A DNA stretch of 64,000 nucleotides from contig CAWCKW010000013.1 in assembly GCA_963796285.1 (NCBI GenBank), positions 320,001-384,000 on the forward strand, read 5' to 3'. A model generated the notes under the pieces. It saw only the letters and a list, made by a program, of their open reading frames with translations. It did no database searches and was not told the DNA's origin. This document shows, piece by piece, positions 22,861 to 31,886 of the stretch; the stretch's first letter is position 1; every line of letters starts with the position of its first letter. The stretch is from Nitrospirota bacterium (GTDB lineage Bacteria; Nitrospirota; UBA9217). The translations under genes were made by a program, and so were the position numbers.

Positions 22861-22984
22861 TTCTCGCAAAGCACCGCAAAGGTCGCAAAGGGAACCTTAG
22901 GTCAAAATGATTTTTTAGTTTAAACCAGAAGCAAGCCGCTGCTTTAGATTTTCTTGGCGTCCTTTGCGTGCTTTGCGAGAGACG
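22861..22984. repeat. Palindromic element with CGCAAAG arms
   Basis: tctcgcaaagcaccgcaaaggtcgcaaag ... cttggcgtcctttgcgtgctttgcgaga; related to the cores at 25980-26112 and 28731-28845. Confidence 0.8.
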
Positions 22985-23008
22985 CCTTTTTTATTCTGCT
23001 TGTCCGTG

Positions 23009-24094
23009 TCAGGACTTTTCTTTGGTCGCCACCGACGGATAGACCGAAAGCCCGGGTCGCAGCGGATGGGCCGGATCAGGTTTCGAATCGATCAGTATCT
23101 TGACCGGTACGCGCTGCACGACCTTCACGAAGTTGCCCGTGGCGTTCTGCGGCGGCAGGAGGCTGAAGACCGCGCCCGTGCCCGGCTGAAAGCTGTCAAC
23201 ATGCCCCGCGAAGGTGACGCCCGGATAGGCGTCCACGGTGATGTCCACCGGCTGGCCCGGCTTCATATGGGCGATCTGCGTTTCCTTGAAGTTCGCCACC
23301 ACCCATAGACTGCCCTCATCCACGATTGCGAGGAGCGGCTGGCCGGGCTGCACATACTTTCCCTCGTCCACGTTCTTCTTGGCGATCCTGCCGTCGACAG
23401 GGGCCGTGACGGTGGTCCGGTCCAGGTCGAGCCGTGCCCGGTTCAAGGCTGTCCCGGCCTCCCGCATCTTGAACTTCTGGGTCTGGAGCTGGGCGTTCAG
23501 CGCCTCGATGGAGGCCTCGATCTCAGCCACCGCTGCGCTGGCCGAGGCCTTCCGGGCCACGGTGTCCCTCGATCTCGATTCCGCCTGATCATACTGACTT
23601 TGCGAGATCACTTCCTGTTTATGGAGCTCGGTGCTTCGCTTCAGGTCTTTCTCTGCCAACGCCACGCTTGTTTCCATGGCATCCAGATCGGCCCGGGCGC
23701 GTGCGAGCGTCATCGTCTTGACCTTGATCAACGCATGCGTTTCCTGCTGTTCGGCGGTCATGCGGGACATGCTGTCCTGCCTGGCCTGGACCAGATTGGA
23801 ATAGTCGTCCGACGCTATTTCCACCAGCGGTTCACCGGCTTTCATGGCCTGGTTGTCGGCAACGAACACCTTCAGCACCCTTCCTTTGACCTCCGAACTG
23901 ATCGGGACCACAACTCCTTCGACAAAGGCATCGTCCGTGCTCTCGTGCGCAAGCGCATAGGTTGTTTTCCGCACGCCGTATACAAGGCCGACGATCAGGC
24001 AGAGCACAATAACGACCCTCATCCCCCAGGTTTTCAGCGCCGCCCGGCCTGATGATCCGGTTTCCAATTCTTCGGTACTTTTCTGCATGAACAT
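23009..24094 (-). CDS. EmrA/HlyD-family membrane fusion protein
   Basis: ESTDDAFV, ANFKETQ, NATGNFVKVVQRVPVKI. Confidence 0.93.
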   Translation of the reverse strand: MFMQKSTEELETGSSGRAALKTWGMRVVIVLCLIVGLVYGVRKTTYALAHESTDDAFVEGVVVPISSEVKGRVLKVFVADNQAMKAGEPLVEIASDDYSNLVQARQDSMSRMTAEQQETHALIKVKTMTLARARADLDAMETSVALAEKDLKRSTELHKQEVISQSQYDQAESRSRDTVARKASASAAVAEIEASIEALNAQLQTQKFKMREAGTALNRARLDLDRTTVTAPVDGRIAKKNVDEGKYVQPGQPLLAIVDEGSLWVVANFKETQIAHMKPGQPVDITVDAYPGVTFAGHVDSFQPGTGAVFSLLPPQNATGNFVKVVQRVPVKILIDSKPDPAHPLRPGLSVYPSVATKEKS

Positions 24095-24164
24095 GACAAG
24101 ATTCTCCTTCTAATAACTATTCCGCGCAATTGCAATTCTGTCAGTGCGTTATTTCCCTCATGCT

Positions 24165-24245
24165 ATCATTCCCGAGGGCGTAATCGGGAATATGGTTTAC
24201 ATAAAAAATACAGCCGGATCCCCGATAGAAACGATCGGGGATGAC
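24165..24245. repeat. REP-like double hairpin (TCATTCCCG...CGGGAAT / GGATCCCCG...CGGGGATGAC)
   Basis: Two inverted hairpin units head to head in the tetR-emrA spacer. Confidence 0.65.
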
Positions 24246-24266
24246 TGTATAGACCGCTGCGCCAGT

Positions 24267-24902
24267 TCACTGGACCATGACCCCGCCCAGGAACACCCGC
24301 AGCGTCTGATGAATCCATTGCTCGCGGTATTTCCCATCCGCCGGCGACGGCCCGAAGAGGTCCTTTCCCAGGGGTGTCCTTCTCCTTGCATGGGAGATCT
24401 GCGCAGAGAGGGATTCCGCCGCAAAAGACGGGTCCACATCGCCTGCAAGGAGCTTGTTCTTTTTGGCCTGGTTCAGGAACTCGATCAAGGCCGCGCGATG
24501 CTTGAGGATCGTTTGCTGGATAACATGGTCGCTCCGCTCCATCTCGCGCTGCATGATGTAAATGACATCGGGCTGCTCCATCATCGCCTCGATCGTTTGG
24601 CGTATAAAGATCTCCAGCCGCACCTTGAGTTCGTCCGGGCTGTGCGGAGGCAGAAGCGTTTTTCTCGAAGAGACCAGCAGGTCCGAGATGAACTGCTCGA
24701 TGATGTGGCGGAAAAGCTTCTCTTTTGATTCAAAGTGATAGTTGACCGCCGCGATGTTCACCCCCGCCGTTTCACTGATTTCCTTGATCGAAACCCCGTC
24801 GTACCCCTTTTCAGCGAAGAGTCGGGTGGCCTCGGTAACAATGCGGCCGGCCGTGTCCTGTGTGAGCAAAGGTTCCTGCTGCGATTTGCGCTTTTTCTCC
24901 AT
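24267..24902 (-). CDS. TetR/AcrR-family regulator
   Basis: ATRLFAEKGYDGVSIKEISETAGVNIAAVNYHFESKEKL HTH. Confidence 0.92.
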   Translation of the reverse strand: MEKKRKSQQEPLLTQDTAGRIVTEATRLFAEKGYDGVSIKEISETAGVNIAAVNYHFESKEKLFRHIIEQFISDLLVSSRKTLLPPHSPDELKVRLEIFIRQTIEAMMEQPDVIYIMQREMERSDHVIQQTILKHRAALIEFLNQAKKNKLLAGDVDPSFAAESLSAQISHARRRTPLGKDLFGPSPADGKYREQWIHQTLRVFLGGVMVQ

Positions 24903-24992
24903 CTGAACGCCTTTCCCGGACATCGTGATGGGTAAACAACCGTGGACACCATAAACCACCGGGGCAAGGGAGTCAAATTATTATTTTTAATA

Positions 24993-25010
24993 TTCAAATG
25001 ACCATTTGAA
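24993..25010. promoter_or_regulatory. Candidate TetR operator
   Basis: Perfect palindrome TTCAAATG-AC-CATTTGAA upstream of tetR. Confidence 0.6.
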
Positions 25011-25047
25011 ATAGACGTCGTCGGTAGGCCGAGAAGGGACAATGCCG

Positions 25048-25903
25048 CTACGGATGCAATCGCCGGCACGGTTCGAGGATCGCGTTGATGTCTTTATCGC
25101 CGTATTGTTCGCGCCGCCAGCGGTAAGGCAGGTCGATGATCTCGCCCGGCCGGGTGATGGCGCACAACGCGCGAAACGCCTCGGCAAGAACGACCCGCTG
25201 CTGGTCCGTGTTGAACGGTTCGCCCAGCGGATGGCCGAACGGCCAGCGCAGATAAACAGTCCGGGGCGGCTTCACCTTTACGGAATAGTCCCGCACGATC
25301 GAGATGCCGATGGTGGGTGTCCCTTGCCGCTCGATCTCCCGCTGGATCAGCCCCACGGACTGATTGCAGATGCCTCAGCCGGGCGTAAGCAACACCACGT
25401 CCGAGCCGTCCTGTCGTATCCGTTGTGCGATCTCGGGCGCCGTCGTGTTGATCAGCGTCAGGATGTGCGGCCCGGTGATATGTCCCATGAAGCCATAATG
25501 ATATCGGGCAACCTTTGCAATCGCGCCTTCGCGTTCGAACTCCCGCAGGCGCTCCGCGGGAAAGACCACGTTGATGTCACGGTCCGCGTCCGCGTGGTCG
25601 TAATAGTCGTGGGTGATCATCAGGTCTGTCGAGCGGGCGGGTGAGATCGATGACACGCCAGGAAGGATCGCCGTCCCGGTCGGCCATGTCGAAGGGCTTC
25701 TGGTCGCGGTGATGCACGCCCGCGGTCGTCACCATTGTCACGGTGCACTCCGAAAGCGGCTTTACGAACGGCGTCCAGGGCACGTCCTCCGATTCCCACG
25801 GCGCGTAGGACTGCACGAAACGCGTCGCGAGCGAGGGGAACCTCGTGATCACGCGCGCTATCAACCTATTTTTAAGGCTGTTCCAGGTCATGTTGTTTTG
25901 CAT
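25048..25903 (-). CDS. GrdB/PrdB-like selenoprotein (Sec codon 25375-25377; one +1 frameshift near 25635)
   Basis: Three track ORFs join: VTTAGVH...GDPSWRVI / YDHADADRDINVVFP...LLTPG-UGA-GICNQSVGLIQREIERQGTPT...PPRT...PFGHPLG; UGA is in frame with the downstream ORF. Confidence 0.85.
25342..25374 (-). promoter_or_regulatory. Bacterial SECIS-like hairpin
   Basis: ATCAGTCC-GTG-GGGCTGAT stem-loop; apical loop starts with G 18 nt after UGA. Confidence 0.7.
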
Positions 25904-25937
25904 GCGATCAAATAGAATTGCAGCAGCGGCTTTTTGG

Positions 25938-26149
25938 TAACTAAGTGAATCAAATTCTACTCAAAATGGCAAGAATATTTCTCGCGAAGGCGCAAAGCTC
26001 GCAAAGAAAGGCTAAATTACTTATTATTTTAAACCAAGACTTAAAGCTTTTCTTGGCGTTCTTTGCCTGTGCCCGCGCCTTGGCAACAGCAGGGTACGTC
26101 TTTGCGAGAGACGATTTTGGGTTTGAATTTTAGTTCCGGCTTGTCCGGG
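25938..26149 (+). mobile_element. Miniature non-coding element, copy A
   Basis: Ends TAACTAAGTGAATCAAATTCTACTCAAAA and TTCCGGCTTGTCCGGG; flanked by TTGG/TTAG; empty site visible in the duplicate at 26658-26733. Confidence 0.8.
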
Positions 26150-26220
26150 TTAGGGCGCGGTGCTTCAAGAATGTATCCAGTCTACCTGAAGGAAGGCGGG
26201 AAGGTCAAGGCGTTATAGAC

Positions 26221-26253
26221 AAAAAGAGCGGTACGTGCTTTAAGCGTACCGCC
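26221..26253 (-). terminator. Terminator after Cys-rich gene
   Basis: GCGGTACG-N7-CGTACCGC followed by T tract on minus strand. Confidence 0.6.
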
Positions 26254-26307
26254 CGAATCATTTCGAGCGCCGTTGTCACGGCTAAGAAGTGAGAACTTCA
26301 AAATTTG

Positions 26308-26562
26308 TCATTGTCCAGGGTCTGATGGTGTTGGCGTGGGTACGGACGCCGGTGCGGGTACTACCGTGCAGCGTAATTCACATTGTTTCCTGATATCTTG
26401 GCATCTTGACTGGCAAAGGTCATCAGTGCTCATGCATTCATTATAACAGCTCGTATAGCTCTCTGAACAATCAGCTGCACAGTCTGCGAAAGAATTTGTA
26501 ACAGTAAAAACAGAAATAAGCACAAGCATCATCAACAAGACGAACGATATTCGCAATTTCAT
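26308..26562 (-). CDS. Small secreted Cys-rich protein
   Basis: GGAGG RBS, signal peptide ending NSFA, (CX3CX6)3CX3C, Pro/Thr tail. Confidence 0.8.
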   Translation of the reverse strand: MKLRISFVLLMMLVLISVFTVTNSFADCAADCSESYTSCYNECMSTDDLCQSRCQDIRKQCELRCTVVPAPASVPTPTPSDPGQ

Positions 26563-26657
26563 TCTAGCCTCCTTTGATTGTTTTTTATGCCGAAAACTTA
26601 TTCCCGTTACTCACTTATAATGCAATTATAGTCAAATTTTATTTGTAACGCAACCGC

Positions 26658-26733
26658 GCAATCAAATCGAATTGCAACAGCGGCTTTTTAGGGCGCGGTG
26701 CTTCAAGAATATATCCAGTCTACCCGAAGGAAG
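26658..26733 (+). repeat. 76-bp duplicate of selenoprotein upstream region (lacks the miniature element)
   Basis: Matches 25904-25937 plus 26154-26195 with about six substitutions. Confidence 0.85.
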
Positions 26734-26797
26734 TGTGGAGCTGCCCCTAAAGGTACCCGCTGGTTGGAGCTATTTGCGGGCATTGTGCGGCGAAAGA

Positions 26798-27094
26798 TCA
26801 GGCATGCGCGAGGACATGGATACCGGCAAGTCGCTTACCGATGCTCGCCTTTGCAATTTTCAGGTCATAAGACGCCTGAAGATTGAGCCAGTATTGCGGC
26901 GATTGGTTGAACGCACGACCGAACAGCAAAGCCAGTTCCGCCGTTACCGGACGAGTTCCCTTGATAACATGCGAAATCCGCATGGGCGAGACCCCGATTG
27001 TGCGGGCGAACTCAGCTTGAGATATACCCATTTCTCCCAAGATTTCTGTCAGAAATTCTCCCGGATGAATTGCAGGCAACCCATTCTTAACCAT
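26798..27094 (-). CDS. higA: HigA-family antitoxin
   Basis: IHPGEFL, SQAEFAR, SPQYWLNLQASYDL. Confidence 0.92.
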   Translation of the reverse strand: MVKNGLPAIHPGEFLTEILGEMGISQAEFARTIGVSPMRISHVIKGTRPVTAELALLFGRAFNQSPQYWLNLQASYDLKIAKASIGKRLAGIHVLAHA

Positions 27095-27107
27095 GTTTGT
27101 ATCTCCT

Positions 27108-27390
27108 TTAGTGATAATCAACGATATCAACGTCATAAGCATCGCCATTTTCAAAGCGGAAACATACGCGCCACTGGTCGTTAATGCGAATGCTCCATTG
27201 GCCGGTGCGATCATGAGCCAACGCTCTCCAGTCTATTGGAAGGCGGGATGCGTAAATCGTCGAGGCATGTGCGCCCCATCCAACTGGGTCAACCGCATTG
27301 CCGCACGTTTCAGTATATCCTGCGGCAAGCGCGTGATTTTCCGGTGGCAAAGAAGCGTTCCGTTTCGGAAGAGGCAAACGACTGAATCAT
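27108..27390 (-). pseudogene. higB: HigB/RelE toxin, frameshifted (real or sequencing error)
   Basis: MIQSFASSETERFF start, DLRIPPSNRLE and GQWSIRINDQWRVCFRF..DIVDYH lie in different frames. Confidence 0.8.
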
Positions 27391-27395
27391 GGGAG

Positions 27396-27425
27396 AATAA
27401 TAAACAATTTGTTTATTATTGTCAA
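27396..27425 (-). promoter_or_regulatory. higBA promoter/operator
   Basis: Perfect palindrome AATAATAAACAA-T-TTGTTTATTATT (27396-27420) abutting TTGACA (27425-27420). Confidence 0.75.
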
Positions 27426-27437
27426 GTGGCTTTATAC

Positions 27438-27492
27438 TGCACGCCCGCGGTCGTCACCATTGTCACGGTGCACTCCGAAAGCGGCTTTACGA
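27438..27492 (+). repeat. 55-bp exact copy of an internal selenoprotein gene segment
   Basis: Identical to 25713-25767. Confidence 0.9.
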
Positions 27493-27503
27493 CCGCCGTT
27501 ACC

Positions 27504-28686
27504 TTAGCCAAGTGTGAGATACCCATCAGGGGCCAGACTGGTTGCAAGCATCACCATGTTGATATCTCGATGCTCCCTCCAGGAGTTCGCCTGTCTGTTT
27601 GCAGGTTCAAGCCAAAACGTCTCAATAACGTCACGAAGAGGTGTGTACTGCATCAGGCTTTCGGTCCGTGAATGAATGCGCTGTTTCATTTTGAAATCGT
27701 GTGGAGCTTGTTTGATCAGTCCCGGCAACTTCTCTAGTGCGCGTAATCCAATGGACAAGCCCAGTTCCCGAAATGCGAGCCGGTAATCAGCAGGAAGCAT
27801 CAAGGGGTCCCTTTCCCTTGCATAGGATCGCAAACCGATCAGGGAAGCATCCAGGAGAGCATCCAGAAGTTCGGCTTGATCAAAACCTTCGATCATTATC
27901 AATTGAGCCAATTTGCATGCGGCACTCAAGAGTTCGCCAATACCCAAGGGGTCATCTGTTACCCAACTTTTTCTTTCACAAATGCCGGCCATGTCTTTGA
28001 TCTCTGCGCTGAGGTCCAGCCGTGTTGATCTATCGGGATCTTTTTCCGCAGTCGACTGAAGTTGGAGATACGTGATGAATCCATCGAGAGGATCGTGCTG
28101 CCCCATCGAGGCTACAAGCGGATACGAGAGGTCAATGCTCATTTTCCAGTGCATGCGTTTCTGACCGCCGGACGACGGTACATAGGTGAACCTGGCGTGA
28201 GCGGTTTTCGCAAGTTCGATCGCCCATCTGTTGCAGGTTGGATCTCCCGTGACTCTGCTTGCTCTATTGAGAGCGTGCATCCACTTCGTCAGGTAATGAT
28301 AGTACTGTCCATCCCGGTCCCATTCCAACTGTTCATCATAGGGATCACCGGGCCCGCGCTCGTTCATGCCCTTGCCGATCCGTAACCCGCCTTTTGTAGG
28401 GTGCAATCTGCCTTCCTGTTCACTGAGACCGCTGATCCAGCCGGTCCGTCGGGTCATCGTCACGGTGTCGTCCGAGTATGAAATGGACCTGATCGATGAG
28501 GTGCAGCGCGAGCTTCTTGTATTGTTCATCACGTGTCTGACGATAAAGCCCCAGGAAGTTGCAGACGGCAAAAGCGTCTGTCCATAAGTAGCGCCGCGGC
28601 ACTTTACTGTCCGATAGGAGCCCGGTCAGATCGGCAAACTCGCTCATGAAATTCAGGGCCAGTGAACTGGAGGTGTTTTGTTCCAT
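27504..28686 (-). CDS. Conserved hypothetical protein (frameshift near 28460)
   Basis: RRYLWTDAFAV in ORF 28420-28686 continues into GGLRIGK, DGQYYHYLTKW, HDPLDG, RLAFRELGL in ORF 27504-28571. Confidence 0.7.
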
Positions 28687-28708
28687 CTTTCCCCTAACAC
28701 CTTCCTAA

Positions 28709-28883
28709 GCCGGACAAAGCCGGAACCAAAGACGTCTCTCGCAAAGGCGCAAAGGTCGCAAAGAAAGCAAATTACTAGTATTGTTTTAAACCAAGATTTA
28801 AAGCTTTTCTTCTGCGTAGCCTCTCGCGCCTCTCTGCGGAGAAATATTCTTGCCGTTTTGAGTAGAATTTGATTCCGTAGTTA
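28709..28883 (-). mobile_element. Miniature non-coding element, copy B
   Basis: Same termini as copy A in opposite orientation; CTAA on both sides (28705-28708, 28884-28887). Confidence 0.8.
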
Positions 28884-29106
28884 CTAATTATAGCGTTTGT
28901 TCCAAGGATAGACTTCTCGTTGAAATATGCACATTGAGACATCATGCCATAGGTGCGACTTCCGGGAAGGATGCGAGAAGAATAGGGGCAGAGTCAGGCA
29001 TTGTAACATGCACTCCATACTCGTGACACAGGAAGGGCATGTCGTATCCTACAAGCCCTTCGCTCTGTTTGAAGCCATTCACGAGTTACTGATAAAAAAA
29101 TGTTGT

Positions 29107-29520
29107 CTAGCTCGCCCCAAGCGCCTTCGCAGCCTTGTTCACGTCCTTCGTCCCAACCCAAAGGATGGCGGCATAGCGGCCCGCTCCAGCCGACACAGCG
29201 TCAATGGCCGTAACGTTGATCTTTTTCTCCGCCATCGTTTTGAGCAAGTCCGCCACGGCGCCCTTCCGGTCATCGCCCTGGACCAAAAACCCGAACTTCT
29301 GAGGACGTGTCTTGATCTTCGCCGCCTTGACAGCATTCTTAAACACTGCCACATCCTCTGGGATAAAATCGAGCTGCGCCTTCCTGCCGCTTGGGAACCC
29401 CGTGAACGCCAAGAAGTTCACGCCCGCATCAGCCAAAGCCCCCAGCACTCGTGCCCCCTCACCCGGCTTGTTCGGTACATCCATAGCAAAATACGCCACC
29501 TTCCTGATAGTATCCGCCAT
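29107..29520 (-). CDS. Tandem ACT-domain protein
   Basis: NKPGEGARVLGALADAGVNF and DRKGAVADLLKTMAEKKINV; AAGGAGG RBS. Confidence 0.8.
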   Translation of the reverse strand: MADTIRKVAYFAMDVPNKPGEGARVLGALADAGVNFLAFTGFPSGRKAQLDFIPEDVAVFKNAVKAAKIKTRPQKFGFLVQGDDRKGAVADLLKTMAEKKINVTAIDAVSAGAGRYAAILWVGTKDVNKAAKALGAS

Positions 29521-29709
29521 ATCTAACACCTCCTTTTAAGATATTATAGCAGCTTTAAAAGATGCTCCCTTAGAAGAGGAAGAAACACACACTCTCTATT
29601 TCACGTATTGATCTTGAGTTCTCATATCATTGACTAATCGCCTGTCCACCTATAAGCTTGCAATGACAGTTGATGAACAGGAGATGCAGGATACATATTG
29701 AAACATGCA

Positions 29710-29770
29710 CATGAACAGTACGTATGTGCGGCTGGCGCTTGCGCCAGTCCGAACCATGCGCTTGTTAGCG
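29710..29770 (-). other. attC-like site (degenerate)
   Basis: CGCTAAC containing the patatin stop, internal hairpin CTGGCGC-AA-GCGCCAG, degenerate GTTCATG end. Confidence 0.6.
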
Positions 29771-30676
29771 ATCATCGCTCCACTTTTGCAACGTAGCTTG
29801 AGATAGGCACTCTTTTGCCTTTCTGTATCCCAATTCAATCATCTCGGATGCCCGGTCAAACTCCAATGTCCGACACGCATTCCTGGCTATTTCGATGACT
29901 ATGTCTGGTGGATAAGCGGCAAGCTTTTGGCGGGCTATGGTACTCTGCATAGCCTCAAATGACTGAATGGCTACATCGTACGCTCCCCAATCCTGGCTGT
30001 TACTGCGCGTCACGGATTGTTTGAGGCGGTCTATAAAGAGATTGATCTTTTCATGGAACGGAGATGAAGAGATAGCTGGTGCAGCACTCAGGGTACTCGG
30101 CTTTTCTGGGTTCTGTGGGGGACCCCCCAGATTTACAGCAATAGTCATATCGGTTTCATCACCAAACGTTGGCGCAATTGGCACAGGATTTAAAACCCCT
30201 CCATCAACAAGATCGACCCCTTTGTACTTGAATGGAGTAAAGAAAAGAGGTATTGCGTAAGACGCCCTCATTGCATCAAAGAGATTACCCGACTTTATCC
30301 ATATTTCCTTCTCGCCTTTTATATCGGTCGCAACAGCCGTATATGAAATTGCGAGATCTTCGATCAATTTCTCTCCAACTAAATTGATCAAGGTATTGAT
30401 AAGTTTGTCACCTCTCACTAGCCCGCTCTTTTCCCACGAAAGATCTAGTAGAGTGACTATGTCGACTTTCGTCAGGGAACGTACCCATTGCTCATATTCA
30501 TCCAATTTTCCGGCAGCATATATTCCCCCTATTACCGCACCGATTGAGCAACCGACTATTGATTTAATTTTCAAATCATTTTCTTCAAGCCAATGAATTA
30601 CACCGATATGAGCTAAACCACGAGCGCCGCCACTTCCAAGAACCAGAGATACGGTTTTCATATTCGTTGTTGTCAT
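29765..30676 (-). CDS. Patatin-like phospholipase (RssA family)
   Basis: GSGGARGLAHIGV, GCSIG, DGG. Confidence 0.92.
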   Translation of the reverse strand: MTTTNMKTVSLVLGSGGARGLAHIGVIHWLEENDLKIKSIVGCSIGAVIGGIYAAGKLDEYEQWVRSLTKVDIVTLLDLSWEKSGLVRGDKLINTLINLVGEKLIEDLAISYTAVATDIKGEKEIWIKSGNLFDAMRASYAIPLFFTPFKYKGVDLVDGGVLNPVPIAPTFGDETDMTIAVNLGGPPQNPEKPSTLSAAPAISSSPFHEKINLFIDRLKQSVTRSNSQDWGAYDVAIQSFEAMQSTIARQKLAAYPPDIVIEIARNACRTLEFDRASEMIELGYRKAKECLSQATLQKWSDDR

Positions 30677-30839
30677 AATCTCACCTAATGCCTCTCACTA
30701 AAATAATGAATAATGGGTAGAAGCTAAATGGCAACAAAGTAGACCTGATAATCATATGAAGGCACCTCAGCATACCAGAGCGTTTTGGCACTCTGGTATG
30801 CTTCAAGGGAAGAGTCCAATCTAACCTTGGAGGTGCTAT

Positions 30840-31886
30840 ATGAAATTGTACACTGGATTAGATCTACATTCAAGCAACAGTTATCTCGGCATCATCGACG
30901 AATCCGGCAAGCGGGTATATAAACAGAAGCTGCCGAATGATCGAGAGCGTATTCAGGCGGCGCTCAACCCGTACAAGAATGACATCGCCGGTATCGTTGT
31001 GGAATCGACCTATAACTGGTACTGGCTGGTTGACCTGCTGATGGGTGAAGGTTACCACGTTCATCTGGCCAATCCGGCAGCGATCAAGAAATACACCGGG
31101 CTAAAATTCGCCGACGATCAGCACGACGCCTTCTGGCTGGCAGAAATGCTGCGGCTGGGGATTCTGCCCGAGGGTTACATCTATCCGAAGGAAGACCGGC
31201 CGATACGCGATCTTCTGCGAAAACGCATGCACCTGGTAAGACTGCGAACCTCACTCATCGTGAGCCTGCAGAACATCCTCAGCCGCAACAACGGATTTAA
31301 GCTCAAGACGAGCGATGTAAAAATACTGACCGAGGATCGAGTGACCCCCTTTCTTGCGGGAAGCGCTGACTTGGCTCTGGCGGGGATGGTCAGCAAAGAG
31401 TCCATCGATTTTCTGACGCGCCAGATCAAAAAGATCGAGGCAGTGATAGAAAATAAGGTAGAGCTGAAGCCACCTTACGAGAAGCTGCAGAGCGTATTCG
31501 GGATCGGCAAGATTCTGGCGCTGACCATCATGCTGGAGACCGGGCCGATCAGCCGCTTCGCCAAGGTTGGCAACTACGTATCATACTGCCGGAAAGTTTC
31601 AAGCAAATGGCTCAGCAACGACAAGGTAAAAGGCAAAGGGAACAAAAAGAGCGGCAACAAGTATCTTGCATGGGCCTATTCCGAGGCAGCCGAGCATGCC
31701 CGGCGCAGCTACACCCAGGCAAGGACATACTATAATCGCAAGATGCAGAAAACCAACTTCATGGCCGCGCACAACGCCCTTGCGCACAAGCTGGCGAGAG
31801 CAGCGTATTACGTAATGCGCGACGAGGTGCTGTTTATGCCGGAGAAGATATTTGTAGAGATAATTACAGGATGGCTGGAGCGGTGA
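30840..31886 (+). CDS. IS110 DEDD recombinase/transposase
   Basis: GLDLH, VVEST, DQHDA, GIGKI, KGNKKSGNKYL, AHKLARAAY. Confidence 0.95.
   Translation: MKLYTGLDLHSSNSYLGIIDESGKRVYKQKLPNDRERIQAALNPYKNDIAGIVVESTYNWYWLVDLLMGEGYHVHLANPAAIKKYTGLKFADDQHDAFWLAEMLRLGILPEGYIYPKEDRPIRDLLRKRMHLVRLRTSLIVSLQNILSRNNGFKLKTSDVKILTEDRVTPFLAGSADLALAGMVSKESIDFLTRQIKKIEAVIENKVELKPPYEKLQSVFGIGKILALTIMLETGPISRFAKVGNYVSYCRKVSSKWLSNDKVKGKGNKKSGNKYLAWAYSEAAEHARRSYTQARTYYNRKMQKTNFMAAHNALAHKLARAAYYVMRDEVLFMPEKIFVEIITGWLER

Noticed and set aside
28692-29527. GTTAGGG and GTTAGAT just before two start codons as attC ends
   Set aside because: No matching upstream RYYYAAC dyad found; both overlap RBS context.
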